Part shown: positions 19,788 to 29,125 of the stretch, in pieces
Layout of the letters: every line of letters starts with the position of its first letter
How positions within the stretch are numbered: position 1 is the stretch's first letter
Assembly (NCBI GenBank): GCA_963828195.1
Contig: CAWHDT010000005.1
Span: forward strand, 320,001 to 384,000
Length of the DNA stretch: 64,000 nucleotides
Direction of reading: 5' to 3'
Source: Candidatus Bathyarchaeota archaeon
GTDB lineage: Archaea > Thermoproteota > Bathyarchaeia > Bathyarchaeales > Bathycorpusculaceae
Made by a program: the position numbers and the translations under genes
Notes under the pieces: generated by a model
The model's database searches: none
What the model saw: only the letters and a program-made list of their open reading frames with translations
What the model was told of the DNA's origin: nothing

Positions 19788-20881
19788 GTCACCACTTCCG
19801 CAAGCCTGCCTTCTTTAACTGCACGTTTAACTTCCATTGCGACGCGCCTGCCTGGACCAACTTCCACCCCGTACTTGTACTTCATGTACGGCGACGTGGG
19901 TTCAACGCATGGGCATCCTGGCACACGGGGGCTAACATCGAAAACGTAGAACTCCAAATCCTTCGTGACGGCTCCTTGCAAAGCGAATAACCCGATCATT
20001 CCAGGCGGATACTCTTTTTTGCATGTCTCTACGAATTTTTCGGCTGCGTCAAAGATTTTTTCGATTTGGCTCTCCCGCATGGTTGCGCCCATGTGCCCGA
20101 TTTCGATGTTCTGCGTGGGAATGTTTAGCTCAAGCTGCTCCATAGCGGGCAAATCCAACACGCCGTCAAGATCTGTTTGGATACGTCTGTCAAAGCCTAA
20201 AAGATCGATTTCGTCTGTTAAAGGGGACCAGAACAGGTTAGCGTTAAATTTCGCCCCGACTATATACTCTTCTATCAGGGCGTTTTCCAGCCCTTCGCAA
20301 GTAATTATCCCCTGCATTATACGTCTCTGAGACATTTTCACGTACTCCTCAGGAGAAGAAGCAAAGAAAAAAGCGCGTTCAATCGCACGTTCTTTTTCGG
20401 GAACTTTCACGATTGCTAAACGGTCAATTTCTTCTGGTGACTCGAAGGTTTTAGGCGTCGCTATTCCAGCCTTCTGAAGCAGGTACAACTGGTTTCGCGG
20501 CGTGTTTCGTTCCTCTGTCCGCAGCATTGATCGGTTACCCATAAGGGGCACGGCGAACTGGTTCTCTATTGCTTCGTAGCCAGCGTAAACTGAGAATGAT
20601 CGGTTGGGAACAAAAACCGTGTTTAAATCAGCCAGTTTCTTGACGTTGGCGTCACTGGTTATTTCAGAGAATTTATCCAGCATAATTACGTGGTCAAAGA
20701 GGTTTTTGTAGTATTTCATGTAGGTTTTTTCTCTGCCTGTCTGGCAAACAACAACGGTTTCTAACCCCTCTTGCTTTGCGCCAGACGCTATCTCAAGCGC
20801 CGAGTGGGAACCCAAAACGCCAATGCGAATTTCTTTCGAATTGTATTTTTTTATTACTTGCTTAATTTCGTCCCCTAACAT
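19784..20881 (-). CDS. purP: PurP-like ATP-grasp paralogue
   Basis: GSHSALEI, VPNRSF, DRRIQTDLDG, DVSPRVPG. Confidence 0.85.
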   Translation of the reverse strand: MLGDEIKQVIKKYNSKEIRIGVLGSHSALEIASGAKQEGLETVVVCQTGREKTYMKYYKNLFDHVIMLDKFSEITSDANVKKLADLNTVFVPNRSFSVYAGYEAIENQFAVPLMGNRSMLRTEERNTPRNQLYLLQKAGIATPKTFESPEEIDRLAIVKVPEKERAIERAFFFASSPEEYVKMSQRRIMQGIITCEGLENALIEEYIVGAKFNANLFWSPLTDEIDLLGFDRRIQTDLDGVLDLPAMEQLELNIPTQNIEIGHMGATMRESQIEKIFDAAEKFVETCKKEYPPGMIGLFALQGAVTKDLEFYVFDVSPRVPGCPCVEPTSPYMKYKYGVEVGPGRRVAMEVKRAVKEGRLAEVVT

Positions 20882-20883
20882 GC

Positions 20884-21936
20884 TTATTCCTTCATGTATT
20901 TTCTGTATTTCGCAATTACCTCTGACAGCTCAGGGGCACCAAACATTTTGCGGTTTGTCATCGCGTTTGCCGCCGCCATGTACATCTCGCTGATGATTGT
21001 TTTAAGCTCGGGGTCAAGTTTCGGCGGCTGCGACTTGCACAGCGCTTTCCAATATTGGATGCCTTTAGCTTCAGCCTCTTTTTTCGCCGCCTCCAGATCC
21101 GTGTACCAGCGGGTTTTCTTGTAGAATTGACGCGCCACCTCTTTGCTGACATGCACGCCGCCGTAGGTGAACCTGCATTCGTCAAGGGTTCCGACTACGT
21201 CAACTATCATGAGTTGTCTTTTCTCGTCGAAGGCTAACTCGATTTTTCCATCCTCATTCTTGAGCCCAGCTTTCGCAGCAACTTCAGTTATGGTTTCGTC
21301 GGCTTTAAGCAAAATGGCTTTGACATCGGCTAGTTCTTGGTCGGTTAAACCCGCGATTTTCTGCGCTTCAGCCCACGTCACGTAACGGTCAGTTTCTTCA
21401 AGCTTCGTACTCACGTCAAAGATTGGCTTCGCCAAGTTTTCTCCTGGCTTTGGATAGTGTTCTAAGCCGAGGTCTTTTAGCGTTATTTTTCCCTGTTCAA
21501 GCCGTTTGAAAACTGAGGAGCCTTCGGGCAAGCCGTTTCGATAGATTATTTCAAGCGGGATTAGGCAGTTCTTCAATTTGGATGTGTAGATGCTGTAGTC
21601 ATGCAGGATTTTGCCGTTAACTACGCTTGTTTTTGGCTTGTAAACGTTAACTAAACTGACTTCCATGATGCTTGAGGGCTGCTTTAACCCGCTAAACTTG
21701 ACCGCTTTGCCGTCCGAGTCCACTAAGCCTCTATAGTGAGTCCTTACTCCTTTGCGCTCCAATTGTTCAAAACAGTACGCGCCCATAAGGCACAGAGCAG
21801 CGCCTTTGCCGTCGATTAAATCGGGCATTTCTCCCCAGTCAAAAACGCTGTAGCGGTCTGAAAAATGGAATCTGCCGACGCCCATTTGAGTCTGGGTGGG
21901 TTTCTTTGTTACTTCAAGGTCTTTGACGCTGCCCAT
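20884..21936 (-). CDS. purC: SAICAR synthase
   Basis: MGSVKDL, FSDRYSVFDWGEMPD, STKLE, DGKIE, DVVGTLDECRF. Confidence 0.95.
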   Translation of the reverse strand: MGSVKDLEVTKKPTQTQMGVGRFHFSDRYSVFDWGEMPDLIDGKGAALCLMGAYCFEQLERKGVRTHYRGLVDSDGKAVKFSGLKQPSSIMEVSLVNVYKPKTSVVNGKILHDYSIYTSKLKNCLIPLEIIYRNGLPEGSSVFKRLEQGKITLKDLGLEHYPKPGENLAKPIFDVSTKLEETDRYVTWAEAQKIAGLTDQELADVKAILLKADETITEVAAKAGLKNEDGKIELAFDEKRQLMIVDVVGTLDECRFTYGGVHVSKEVARQFYKKTRWYTDLEAAKKEAEAKGIQYWKALCKSQPPKLDPELKTIISEMYMAAANAMTNRKMFGAPELSEVIAKYRKYMKE

Positions 21937-22009
21937 TCTGCAATCCCTATTTCGTCTCTTTTCTATCAGATTTACCTATTTTAGCTTATATCAATATCTA
22001 GAACCGCAA

Positions 22010-22090
22010 TCACATTTTAAAGAATATAAGCAAATGCGCCCAAGCCATCAGACATAGAAGCATCAATGCAAGAAGGATAGTTATCTTCAT
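22010..22090 (-). pseudogene. Signal-peptide-like remnant of a truncated secreted-protein gene
   Basis: MKITILLALMLLCLMAWAHLLIFFKM*. Confidence 0.35.
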
Positions 22091-22228
22091 TCTTCTTCGA
22101 ATTTGCCATTTTGTTGTTAAAGCGATAAAAAGTTTTTCATTAAGGTTTCTTGACTAAGATTGGTTAAAGTTTCCTTACTAAACCTTCACTTTTTTAAGCT
22201 CGAAATTTGGTTCTTAGGGATTTAATTC

Positions 22229-22940
22229 TTAATTTGGCTTATCTCTCTGCTTTTTTATTCTTAGTATGATTGCTATAGAGAGTATTGAAAAGACTAAAAG
22301 CAAAATTACTAGCAATTCCAATTCTGGAACTGTAAGAATGGGTGAAGGAGAAGCTTGGTTAACTAAAAGGTTACGATTGCCTTCTACATTAATATATATT
22401 GGTTGGTTATTGGAACTTTGATCCCAATTTGCATTTGTCGCAAACAGTTGACCACCTTCGGGGTCATTGTCAGTTACGTCATAGGAAAGAACCCCATTAA
22501 ATTCAAGTTTCAAATTAGCAACTTCAGGTTTAAAGCTCATAGAGAGTGTTCCACTGCTATTTTTGGGGTGTTAAGGTAATTTCATAGTTGACTAAATTTT
22601 GTATAACTGAATTAACCGCAGACTCATTAAGCAAAATCGGGTACTCCAAAATATTGAACACAATAGAAAAACCATCGCTATTATAATATTGATTCAGGTA
22701 AGTTATTGATATCAACCAATCAGCTGTGTAAGTATTATTCTGAATCCAAACACCATTAGGGTCCGTCTGAATCGTCGTAGTAACGTCAAATGTACAAATA
22801 ATATTACTACTATCTGCCTCATAGATGTTGGTTTTTCCAAAATCTTCAGTTAAAGTCTGGCCATGAGCGGTCATAGCAATCTCTGAAAAAAGTAACAAGC
22901 ACATGATTGATAGAACAATTATCAATTTTGAAGAGATCAT
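22229..22940 (-). pseudogene. PEF-CTERM surface protein split by a 1-nt frameshift
   Basis: ORF 22557-22940 (signal peptide) and ORF 22229-22540 (VPEL, TM, basic tail) join as LTPQ-NSSGTLSMSFK if one A is removed from CCCCAAAAATAGC near 22560. Confidence 0.75.
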
Positions 22941-23024
22941 GTTTATGCTATTTTATTCCAACTTGGATTTATTACTTTGTGATTTTTTTGTTTGCTTAAC
23001 GCTACAGACTTTGTTCTTAGCAGC

Positions 23025-23129
23025 TTACTTCTTTGTTCGGCTTATTCTCCGCTTTTTTAGTCTCAGTATAAATGCAATGGATAGCATTGAAAGGAACAGG
23101 GGTAAAATGGCTATCAATGGAAACTCTGG
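23025..23129 (-). pseudogene. Orphan PEF-CTERM sorting-signal tail
   Basis: PEFPLIAILPLFLSMLSIAFILRLKKRRISRTKK* with no ectodomain upstream. Confidence 0.75.
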
Positions 23130-23159
23130 AAAAGGCAATAATACCCTAAAAGCATGGGA

Positions 23160-23284
23160 AAGTGTGCAAAATAACTGTGCAATAAGCACGGTAAAGTGTG
23201 CAATAACCGATTAACTGCTATTTCATGATAATATTCAGCATGGACTTATGGTAATATTTGCACACTTGTAATATTACCATGAAA
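23160..23284. repeat. Clustered direct and inverted repeats at the element's left end
   Basis: TGTGCAA three times direct (23163, 23177, 23197) plus one inverted; 11 bp inverted repeat ATGGTAATATT/AATATTACCAT (23248-23280) and a third related copy at 23225. Confidence 0.75.
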
Positions 23285-23881
23285 AAAACGAGTTAATAGT
23301 GATTTTTAGTGCTTTTCAGGTTTAAGGTTGTTAAATCACTGTATACAATGTATGCAGGGTTTTTTGGGGTTGTTTTAGTTAATTTTTGGGCTTTTTCTCC
23401 ATTGAAAAAGACGGTTAAAAGGCGGTGAATTAAAGGTGTAATTTTAAAACTCGGTGTGAATTATAAACTTGGTTTACAAACTAAAATTACTTAAGCGTAA
23501 CCTTTGGTAACTAGTTAATGGGAAAACATGCCCGTTTTTAACTAAAATTCACCGTTTTGTCTTTTATCGGTGAAAACATTATCTATTATCAATAGTTTGG
23601 TAATTATCGCATATTTTTATAGGGAAACTTGTAATTTTTACAAATAACCTTCTCTCCCAGAGAAAAAAGCCCGCGAGCGAACCCAAAAAAGAAATCACAA
23701 AAATCACACCTTGCTCTGCCTTCTAAAGTGGCTATAGCGCTTTGAGTTTTGAAACAATTACCGCTAGCCGTTTCTTAATGTTTTCAATGTAGGTGTTTAA
23801 GTGTAGAACAATATAGGTGGTTAGGTGTAAGAGTAGAAAGGCTTAAAAGCAGATAACAACAATATAGCACTCGTATTTGAG

Positions 23882-23950
23882 GATAGGGTTCCCGTCTACC
23901 ACTCAAGGCGGGAGGCATTGGAAGAGAGAGGTTCCTTCTATGCCTTTATC
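23882..23950 (+). ncRNA. Candidate structured leader RNA (three-way junction)
   Basis: P1 GAUAGG/UUUAUC, P2 UCCCGUCU/AGGCGGGA, P3 GGCAU-GGAAG/CUUCU-AUGCC; lies between a TATA-like CTTAAAAG (~23842) and the RHH gene. Confidence 0.5.
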
Positions 23951-23972
23951 GTAACAAAGGAAGTCGGTCAAT

Positions 23973-24116
23973 GTGGGAAAAATCAACCTTGTAGTTTCTG
24001 ACGAATTAGAAAAACAATTCCGAGAAGCAGTTTTTAAAAAATATGGAATGAAACGCGGCAACATAACGAAAGCCACTGACGAAGCTCTGCAAGATTGGAT
24101 AAAAAAGACCGCTTGA
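23973..24116 (+). CDS. 47 aa ribbon-helix-helix protein (absent from the ORF track)
   Basis: GTG start; MGKINLVVSDELEKQFREAVFKKYGMKRGNITKATDEALQDWIKKTA. Confidence 0.8.
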   Translation: MGKINLVVSDELEKQFREAVFKKYGMKRGNITKATDEALQDWIKKTA

Positions 24117-24230
24117 TTTTTCCCTACTTTTCCCCTTATTTTTGTGTGGAAAACATATTTAAGCAGTAACTTTAGCGTTTGCCGTAACTCTGACTCCTAA
24201 AAGGAGAAAACAAAATGCCTATATTTAGTT

Positions 24231-24434
24231 TTGTTTTTGAGCGCTCGGGGAACTTGCACGGCAAGAATGAACCTGAAACGGTTCGACCCCGACAACCCAT
24301 TAAACCAAAAACAGTACAGCCCAGAAAAGATAGCACAGCTTAAGCGGATGAAGGAAAAACAGGAAGGCGGTCAAAGATGGAAAAACCGACCGTGCTATGA
24401 GCATTGGTCTATCGACCATCGCCAAACCGATTAG
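24231..24434 (+). CDS. Small basic hypothetical protein
   Basis: 67 aa ORF downstream of the RHH gene; start uncertain. Confidence 0.35.
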   Translation: MFLSARGTCTARMNLKRFDPDNPLNQKQYSPEKIAQLKRMKEKQEGGQRWKNRPCYEHWSIDHRQTD

Positions 24435-24455
24435 CCAAAAGATTGTTTTGTGCGC

Positions 24456-25226
24456 TCACACAATACTTTTTCGCCTTTTTCCCAAAACATCCTCAGATTC
24501 TTCTTTGGTTAACAGTTGAAAGTTGCTTTTGCCTTCTTTCAAAACTTTATTGAATACATTTTCGAGCTGTTGAATTTTGTCTTTCCCGAATGCTTTCTCA
24601 AGTGATTTTTTCATGTCAGTTAGAGCGGGTTCCGCTGTTTTGTCTTTGGCTAACGATTTAGAGGGATTTTGATATTCAAAGAGGACTTTAAAGTATTCGT
24701 CATCGCTGAGCGTTCTTGTTTTCGTCATTTCACTAATTATGCTGTGTGCGATTGGTCGTCTTACGAATGCTTGAGCGCCTCCTTGCTGTGTGACGTAAAA
24801 CGCGGGGATCTCCATAAGAGCGTTATGTCCGTCTTTTGCCGCGATAAATGCAGAGTACAAGGAGAGAGCACCTAACCATAGGCTAAGTTCCTTGAAAAGC
24901 TCTTCTTTTGGTCGTTCGCTTCCAAATTTTGTTAGGTTCTCATTGATAAGATTAAGCAGTTCAAGCTTGAGAATTGTTTCTTCCCACATCTCTTTAGGCA
25001 TGTTTTTTGGATTAAGACGATACCGTAAGTCTTTGTAGGCTTTTCTATCCGTCTCTAAGATTCCGTCTTTAGTCATTTTCTTAAGCAAACGAAAAATTGT
25101 CGATTCTGATATGCCTTCTTTTTTTGCTTTTTTTAGTACTTCCGATGCTTTGAGCCATTGCTGAGAAATAAAAATCGCGATGAGCTTTTTCTCTTTTTCT
25201 TTCGCCGAAGAATCAACGCGAGACGT
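24456..25226 (-). CDS. Winged-helix repressor-like protein
   Basis: Frame stays open 46 codons upstream of the tracked TTG and contains ASEVLKKAKKEGISESTIFRLLKKMTKDGIL; SD AAGGAGG precedes an ACG at 25226. Confidence 0.7.
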   Translation of the reverse strand, partial: TSRVDSSAKEKEKKLIAIFISQQWLKASEVLKKAKKEGISESTIFRLLKKMTKDGILETDRKAYKDLRYRLNPKNMPKEMWEETILKLELLNLINENLTKFGSERPKEELFKELSLWLGALSLYSAFIAAKDGHNALMEIPAFYVTQQGGAQAFVRRPIAHSIISEMTKTRTLSDDEYFKVLFEYQNPSKSLAKDKTAEPALTDMKKSLEKAFGKDKIQQLENVFNKVLKEGKSNFQLLTKEESEDVLGKRRKSIV

Positions 25227-25337
25227 CCTATTTCCTCCTTATTTGATAGCAATACTTGACAGAAATCGTTTATAAGCTTTACTGCTTATTGGTGTAATAA
25301 TTACTATCAGTTAGGAGTAATTCCGAGAAAGGTAGTA

Positions 25338-25544
25338 TTGGAGAGAGAAAAGAAAATGGACAAAAAACCGAGTTTCCAAATGGATGCACCAACCCTAAAA
25401 CTTGTTGATGAAACAGCCGAGAAAATAGGCATCTCCCGTTCTGACTTTTTCAGAATGGCAGTCAAAGAAAAACTCTTTCGTCTTGGCGTTCTTCAACAAG
25501 AACAAAGCCTAAGCGTCAATAGCCACATGAGCGGAGGTGCTTAA
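25338..25544 (+). CDS. CopG/ribbon-helix-helix regulator
   Basis: PSFQMDAPTLKLVDETAEKIGISRSDFFRMAVKEKL. Confidence 0.85.
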   Translation: MEREKKMDKKPSFQMDAPTLKLVDETAEKIGISRSDFFRMAVKEKLFRLGVLQQEQSLSVNSHMSGGA

Positions 25545-25919
25545 ATGTCGCAGAAAGAAACAAAAAAAACTGAGCCGCTATCAATCCAACTCCAAGCCAT
25601 AAATATTATGATAAAAGCCTCTGAACATAACGGCATCTTTGATTCAGGTTTTAGTCTCCCTGACTTAGCTCAAAACGCAGAATACCGAGGCATGAAAGGA
25701 GAACAACTTTGGACAGCAGAAATGCTTGAAAAAGTAATAACCCGATTCCGACAACACATCGCCACACATCAGACCGAACCAAAAGACATAGACGCGCTCC
25801 TGACATTGCTATCCACAAAAATTAACGTCAACATCGACCGTATCCGCAGATGCTTTTACGGAATCCCAGAGCCAGCTTCCGAAACTGTCAACCTCTTTCC
25901 AACAGAAGAAACCGAATAA
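25545..25919 (+). CDS. Hypothetical protein
   Basis: 124 aa, SD GGAGGT, abuts the RHH stop codon. Confidence 0.7.
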   Translation: MSQKETKKTEPLSIQLQAINIMIKASEHNGIFDSGFSLPDLAQNAEYRGMKGEQLWTAEMLEKVITRFRQHIATHQTEPKDIDALLTLLSTKINVNIDRIRRCFYGIPEPASETVNLFPTEETE

Positions 25920-25945
25920 ACCAATTCTAAGGAGAAAAAGCCAAA

Positions 25946-26020
25946 ATGTCCGAAAAAACACAAAAAATCTTAGAAATCGCCGCTTTTCTCATAGTGGCGG
26001 TTTTAAGCCTAATCCTATAG
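25946..26020 (+). CDS. 24 aa hydrophobic micro-peptide
   Basis: MSEKTQKILEIAAFLIVAVLSLIL*, AAGGAG upstream. Confidence 0.5.
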   Translation: MSEKTQKILEIAAFLIVAVLSLIL

Positions 26021-26034
26021 AAAAAATCAACGCT

Positions 26035-26265
26035 GTGAATATGATGTCTATAACCTCGCCGTCAAAACTAAGTAAATCTGTTACTGACAACGTTCTAAAG
26101 CAGATGGAAGAAAAAGCAATAGCTTACATCGGAGCTAATAAAAAGGTCGTAATCATCGCGGTCGCTGTAATCTTAGCCTTAATCGTTCTCTATCTGTTGA
26201 CACGTCAACCAAAGCCTAACGCTGAATTTTTATCTTCATTGGGGAAAATAAACGAGCATTCTTAG
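26035..26265 (+). CDS. Small single-TM protein
   Basis: KKVVIIAVAVILALIVLYLL helix. Confidence 0.6.
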   Translation: MNMMSITSPSKLSKSVTDNVLKQMEEKAIAYIGANKKVVIIAVAVILALIVLYLLTRQPKPNAEFLSSLGKINEHS

Positions 26266-26269
26266 GAAG

Positions 26270-27820
26270 GTGTCATTTACGAGTAACCGTCAACTTGCAA
26301 GCCCAAAGACAAGGCATGGCGAAATAAAAACACCTGAAAAAGTTAGCGCTTTATTTAGCCGCTTGAAAAAAGACAAGCCAGAGCCAGCCAACCCCGAAAC
26401 AAACCCGTGGAAGCTGAAACCCTTTAAAGGCATAATTCGCGGGGAATTTCACCAGAGCAGTTTACAACACGACCAAGAAGTAGAAATCCGTAACGGTATG
26501 CAGTACGCGGACTACCTGAACATATCAAAAAGGCAATTCCTCTATTTGATTTACGCCGATTTTCCCAATGGTGCGCCAACAAGCTCACGAACTCTTGCCG
26601 ATGCAAAAGTTGCTGAATACAACAAAACGCTATGCCATCAATATCTCGCTAAGCACTATCAGAACCCCGTAACAGGTGAATGGACAGACGCGGGTAAGAT
26701 GGTTGATGCAAGAGGTCGATACTTATACATGAAATTTGGACAACGTGACCCCGCACTTTTCAGCTTGGAAGATTTTCAAGAAGCAAAGAAAGACGCATCC
26801 TTTTATGACGAGCAAGGGAAACTTAAGTTTTCGCCGCTGTCTCAGCTTCGATGCATTATGCAGTTTACGGCTTTACAGGTTGAGGACTCACCACTATCTC
26901 GAAGGCGTTTTCAATTCGTGGAAGGCGACGAGTGGGATACAACAGGAAAAAAGAAAATAGGCGGTAAAAAAGACGACTATCTCCAAGAGCAAGAGCTAAA
27001 AATTTACGTGGAAAACATCAATGAACCCGACACGCTCGTTCTGCACCGATTAGGCTTAGAAGGCGGGGGGAGAATAAGCAGTGAATTACTTATGGGGCAA
27101 AAACTACTAAATGGCTATCTTTGTCAGGCTTTTTGGGATTTGAATTGCTTAAGCATGTTCGAGCCAAAAGTTGAAGGCAGTAAGACGGGCGGGAAAGTAA
27201 AGAGGTACTTTGCACCTGAAACGATGGCATTTTTCCAGCGGTACGTTACTGACTTCAATATAAAAGGTGCATGGTTTACGCGCTACCCATCAGAGGAACA
27301 CAACTATACAAGCTATGAGAGCAGTCTAAAATCGGCGGGTTATCGAGCAGGGCTTTGGCGTTTTAAGAAGGCTCAGAAGGGGCAAGAACTCGCAGACGGG
27401 GAAAAATTAGCCGCTAATGGACAAGTCTATAGATTAAAAGCAGTTAACAACAACCAAAAAGGCACACAGGACTTTGAAAAACAATGGTTAACCGAGGGCA
27501 AAATGACAACAAGCCACACGGTAATGAAACATACATTCGTGAGTCTCGCAGGACTTCATGGCTTGAGCTTAGACGATTGCGCAGAACAATGCGGAACAGA
27601 CCCAACAACCATACGAGACTTCTATCATGGCACCTTAGGCGACAAACTCCGCTCAGTAATCTTAGGCGAAAAAACATATGAACCGTGGAAAGATTGGATA
27701 ACCCGCTTTGTTGAACCATTATACACCAAGCGCTATAGCGAACTGATAAGCCAAAGTAAGATTGTTGTTGACTTAAAAGCAATCGCCCAAGAAGAGGCAG
27801 AAATGGCAGAGGTTGCGTAA
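26270..27820 (+). CDS. Divergent tyrosine recombinase/integrase
   Basis: YLQEQEL, LGLEGGGRISSELL (Arg), EPKV (Lys), SHTVMKHTFVS, QCGT...TIRDFY (Tyr). Confidence 0.8.
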   Translation: MSFTSNRQLASPKTRHGEIKTPEKVSALFSRLKKDKPEPANPETNPWKLKPFKGIIRGEFHQSSLQHDQEVEIRNGMQYADYLNISKRQFLYLIYADFPNGAPTSSRTLADAKVAEYNKTLCHQYLAKHYQNPVTGEWTDAGKMVDARGRYLYMKFGQRDPALFSLEDFQEAKKDASFYDEQGKLKFSPLSQLRCIMQFTALQVEDSPLSRRRFQFVEGDEWDTTGKKKIGGKKDDYLQEQELKIYVENINEPDTLVLHRLGLEGGGRISSELLMGQKLLNGYLCQAFWDLNCLSMFEPKVEGSKTGGKVKRYFAPETMAFFQRYVTDFNIKGAWFTRYPSEEHNYTSYESSLKSAGYRAGLWRFKKAQKGQELADGEKLAANGQVYRLKAVNNNQKGTQDFEKQWLTEGKMTTSHTVMKHTFVSLAGLHGLSLDDCAEQCGTDPTTIRDFYHGTLGDKLRSVILGEKTYEPWKDWITRFVEPLYTKRYSELISQSKIVVDLKAIAQEEAEMAEVA

Positions 27821-27823
27821 AAA

Positions 27824-28471
27824 TTGACGGCAAGAAGCATCAGATTAAGCGCTGACGAAGAGACTAAAGAGAGCGAAATCTTCGCCTTTTATGGTGTACA
27901 AGGCGAAACCTACAGCGAGCAATACCGCGATTTCATAGTAAAGATCCATAAAGCAATGCGCTTAGACGTAGTGATAGAAACACCCGATAATCCCGCTGTA
28001 CATCCCGCGCCAAACATTACCGTTATGCGCTGTCCATTACGCAAAACTCTTACAGTCGCACACAAAGACAAGAAAACTGGCGCTATCCTTTGGAGCGAGA
28101 AAAAACTCATATGCGTAAACAACCCACCACAAAAGACCTTTCTTGATGGCTCAGAAATATGCGAAGTATGCTTAGCGAAATTTTACGGTTTAGCAAAGAA
28201 ACTACGCGCCGCTAATCCTGACAGTTTGTCAGCACCGAAACAGAAGTCACAGCAAGAAGAAACGCCGATAACACAGCCAATAGACATCCCAGCCGCCACA
28301 CGTCAGCTTTTCTTAGCTCATTATGACGGTAAGAAACATTGCCCTTTCAGTGGTGACCGCATTTTAAGCCAAACTTGCTATGTATGCAGTACGCAAAACT
28401 CTAAACGCTGGAATGAATGCCGAGTGCTTGTCATGTCGATTATAACACCGCAAAAGGCAACAGCAAACTAA
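27824..28471 (+). CDS. Cys-rich hypothetical protein
   Basis: Two Cys clusters including CEVC and CYVC. Confidence 0.7.
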   Translation: MTARSIRLSADEETKESEIFAFYGVQGETYSEQYRDFIVKIHKAMRLDVVIETPDNPAVHPAPNITVMRCPLRKTLTVAHKDKKTGAILWSEKKLICVNNPPQKTFLDGSEICEVCLAKFYGLAKKLRAANPDSLSAPKQKSQQEETPITQPIDIPAATRQLFLAHYDGKKHCPFSGDRILSQTCYVCSTQNSKRWNECRVLVMSIITPQKATAN

Positions 28472-28495
28472 GCCTTCCTTTTTTTAAACCAATAG

Positions 28496-29125
28496 GTGAG
28501 ACGAATGGTAACTACCAAAAAATCTGATAAAAAAGCTAAATTGCTCAATGCAGACCTTGACCTTGAATATTTTGAAATATTGGAAAGGGTTATTGCAGAC
28601 CAAAATCTTAACGGTAGACGAGAAGGTTTAGCCGTTATTTTTAAAGGCTATCTGAAGTCATGTAATCCCTCTGCCGCTGAACATGAACCTACTATTTGCG
28701 AGTTCCTTTCCGACGATAAAACTCTTTGTTGCAAAAATAAGGATAAAATCAAAAAAACAACGATTAAAGAATGCAAAGGCTGTCAGAAAACGCAAGAAGT
28801 CGTCGCAAGAAACCAACGTATGGAAGAGCTAAGATTTCATGGAGAACTTTTAAGACATGATTTGACTGAGCAAATGTGGATTTTTGAACTTGGCATTCCC
28901 TTTGAAAAAACAGGGTATGACACTTTTAACCGTTTGCTTTTCCTCAAAGAAAAACTCGACCAAAAAGAAAGGGAAATTGCAAAGCTTTTGCCGCTCGAAA
29001 TCGAAAACGCTTCCCTAAAACAACAACTAAGCGAAAAAGCAATGGAAATACAGACTTTGAAAGCTGAAAACGCTAAGCAAGAAACCACAATCAATGACTA
29101 TATGTTTCAGAGGAAACCCCAATGA
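28496..29125 (+). CDS. Hypothetical protein: RHH-like N-terminus, Cys cluster, coiled coil
   Basis: CEFL..LCC..CKGC followed by a heptad-rich C-terminus. Confidence 0.7.
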   Translation: MRRMVTTKKSDKKAKLLNADLDLEYFEILERVIADQNLNGRREGLAVIFKGYLKSCNPSAAEHEPTICEFLSDDKTLCCKNKDKIKKTTIKECKGCQKTQEVVARNQRMEELRFHGELLRHDLTEQMWIFELGIPFEKTGYDTFNRLLFLKEKLDQKEREIAKLLPLEIENASLKQQLSEKAMEIQTLKAENAKQETTINDYMFQRKPQ

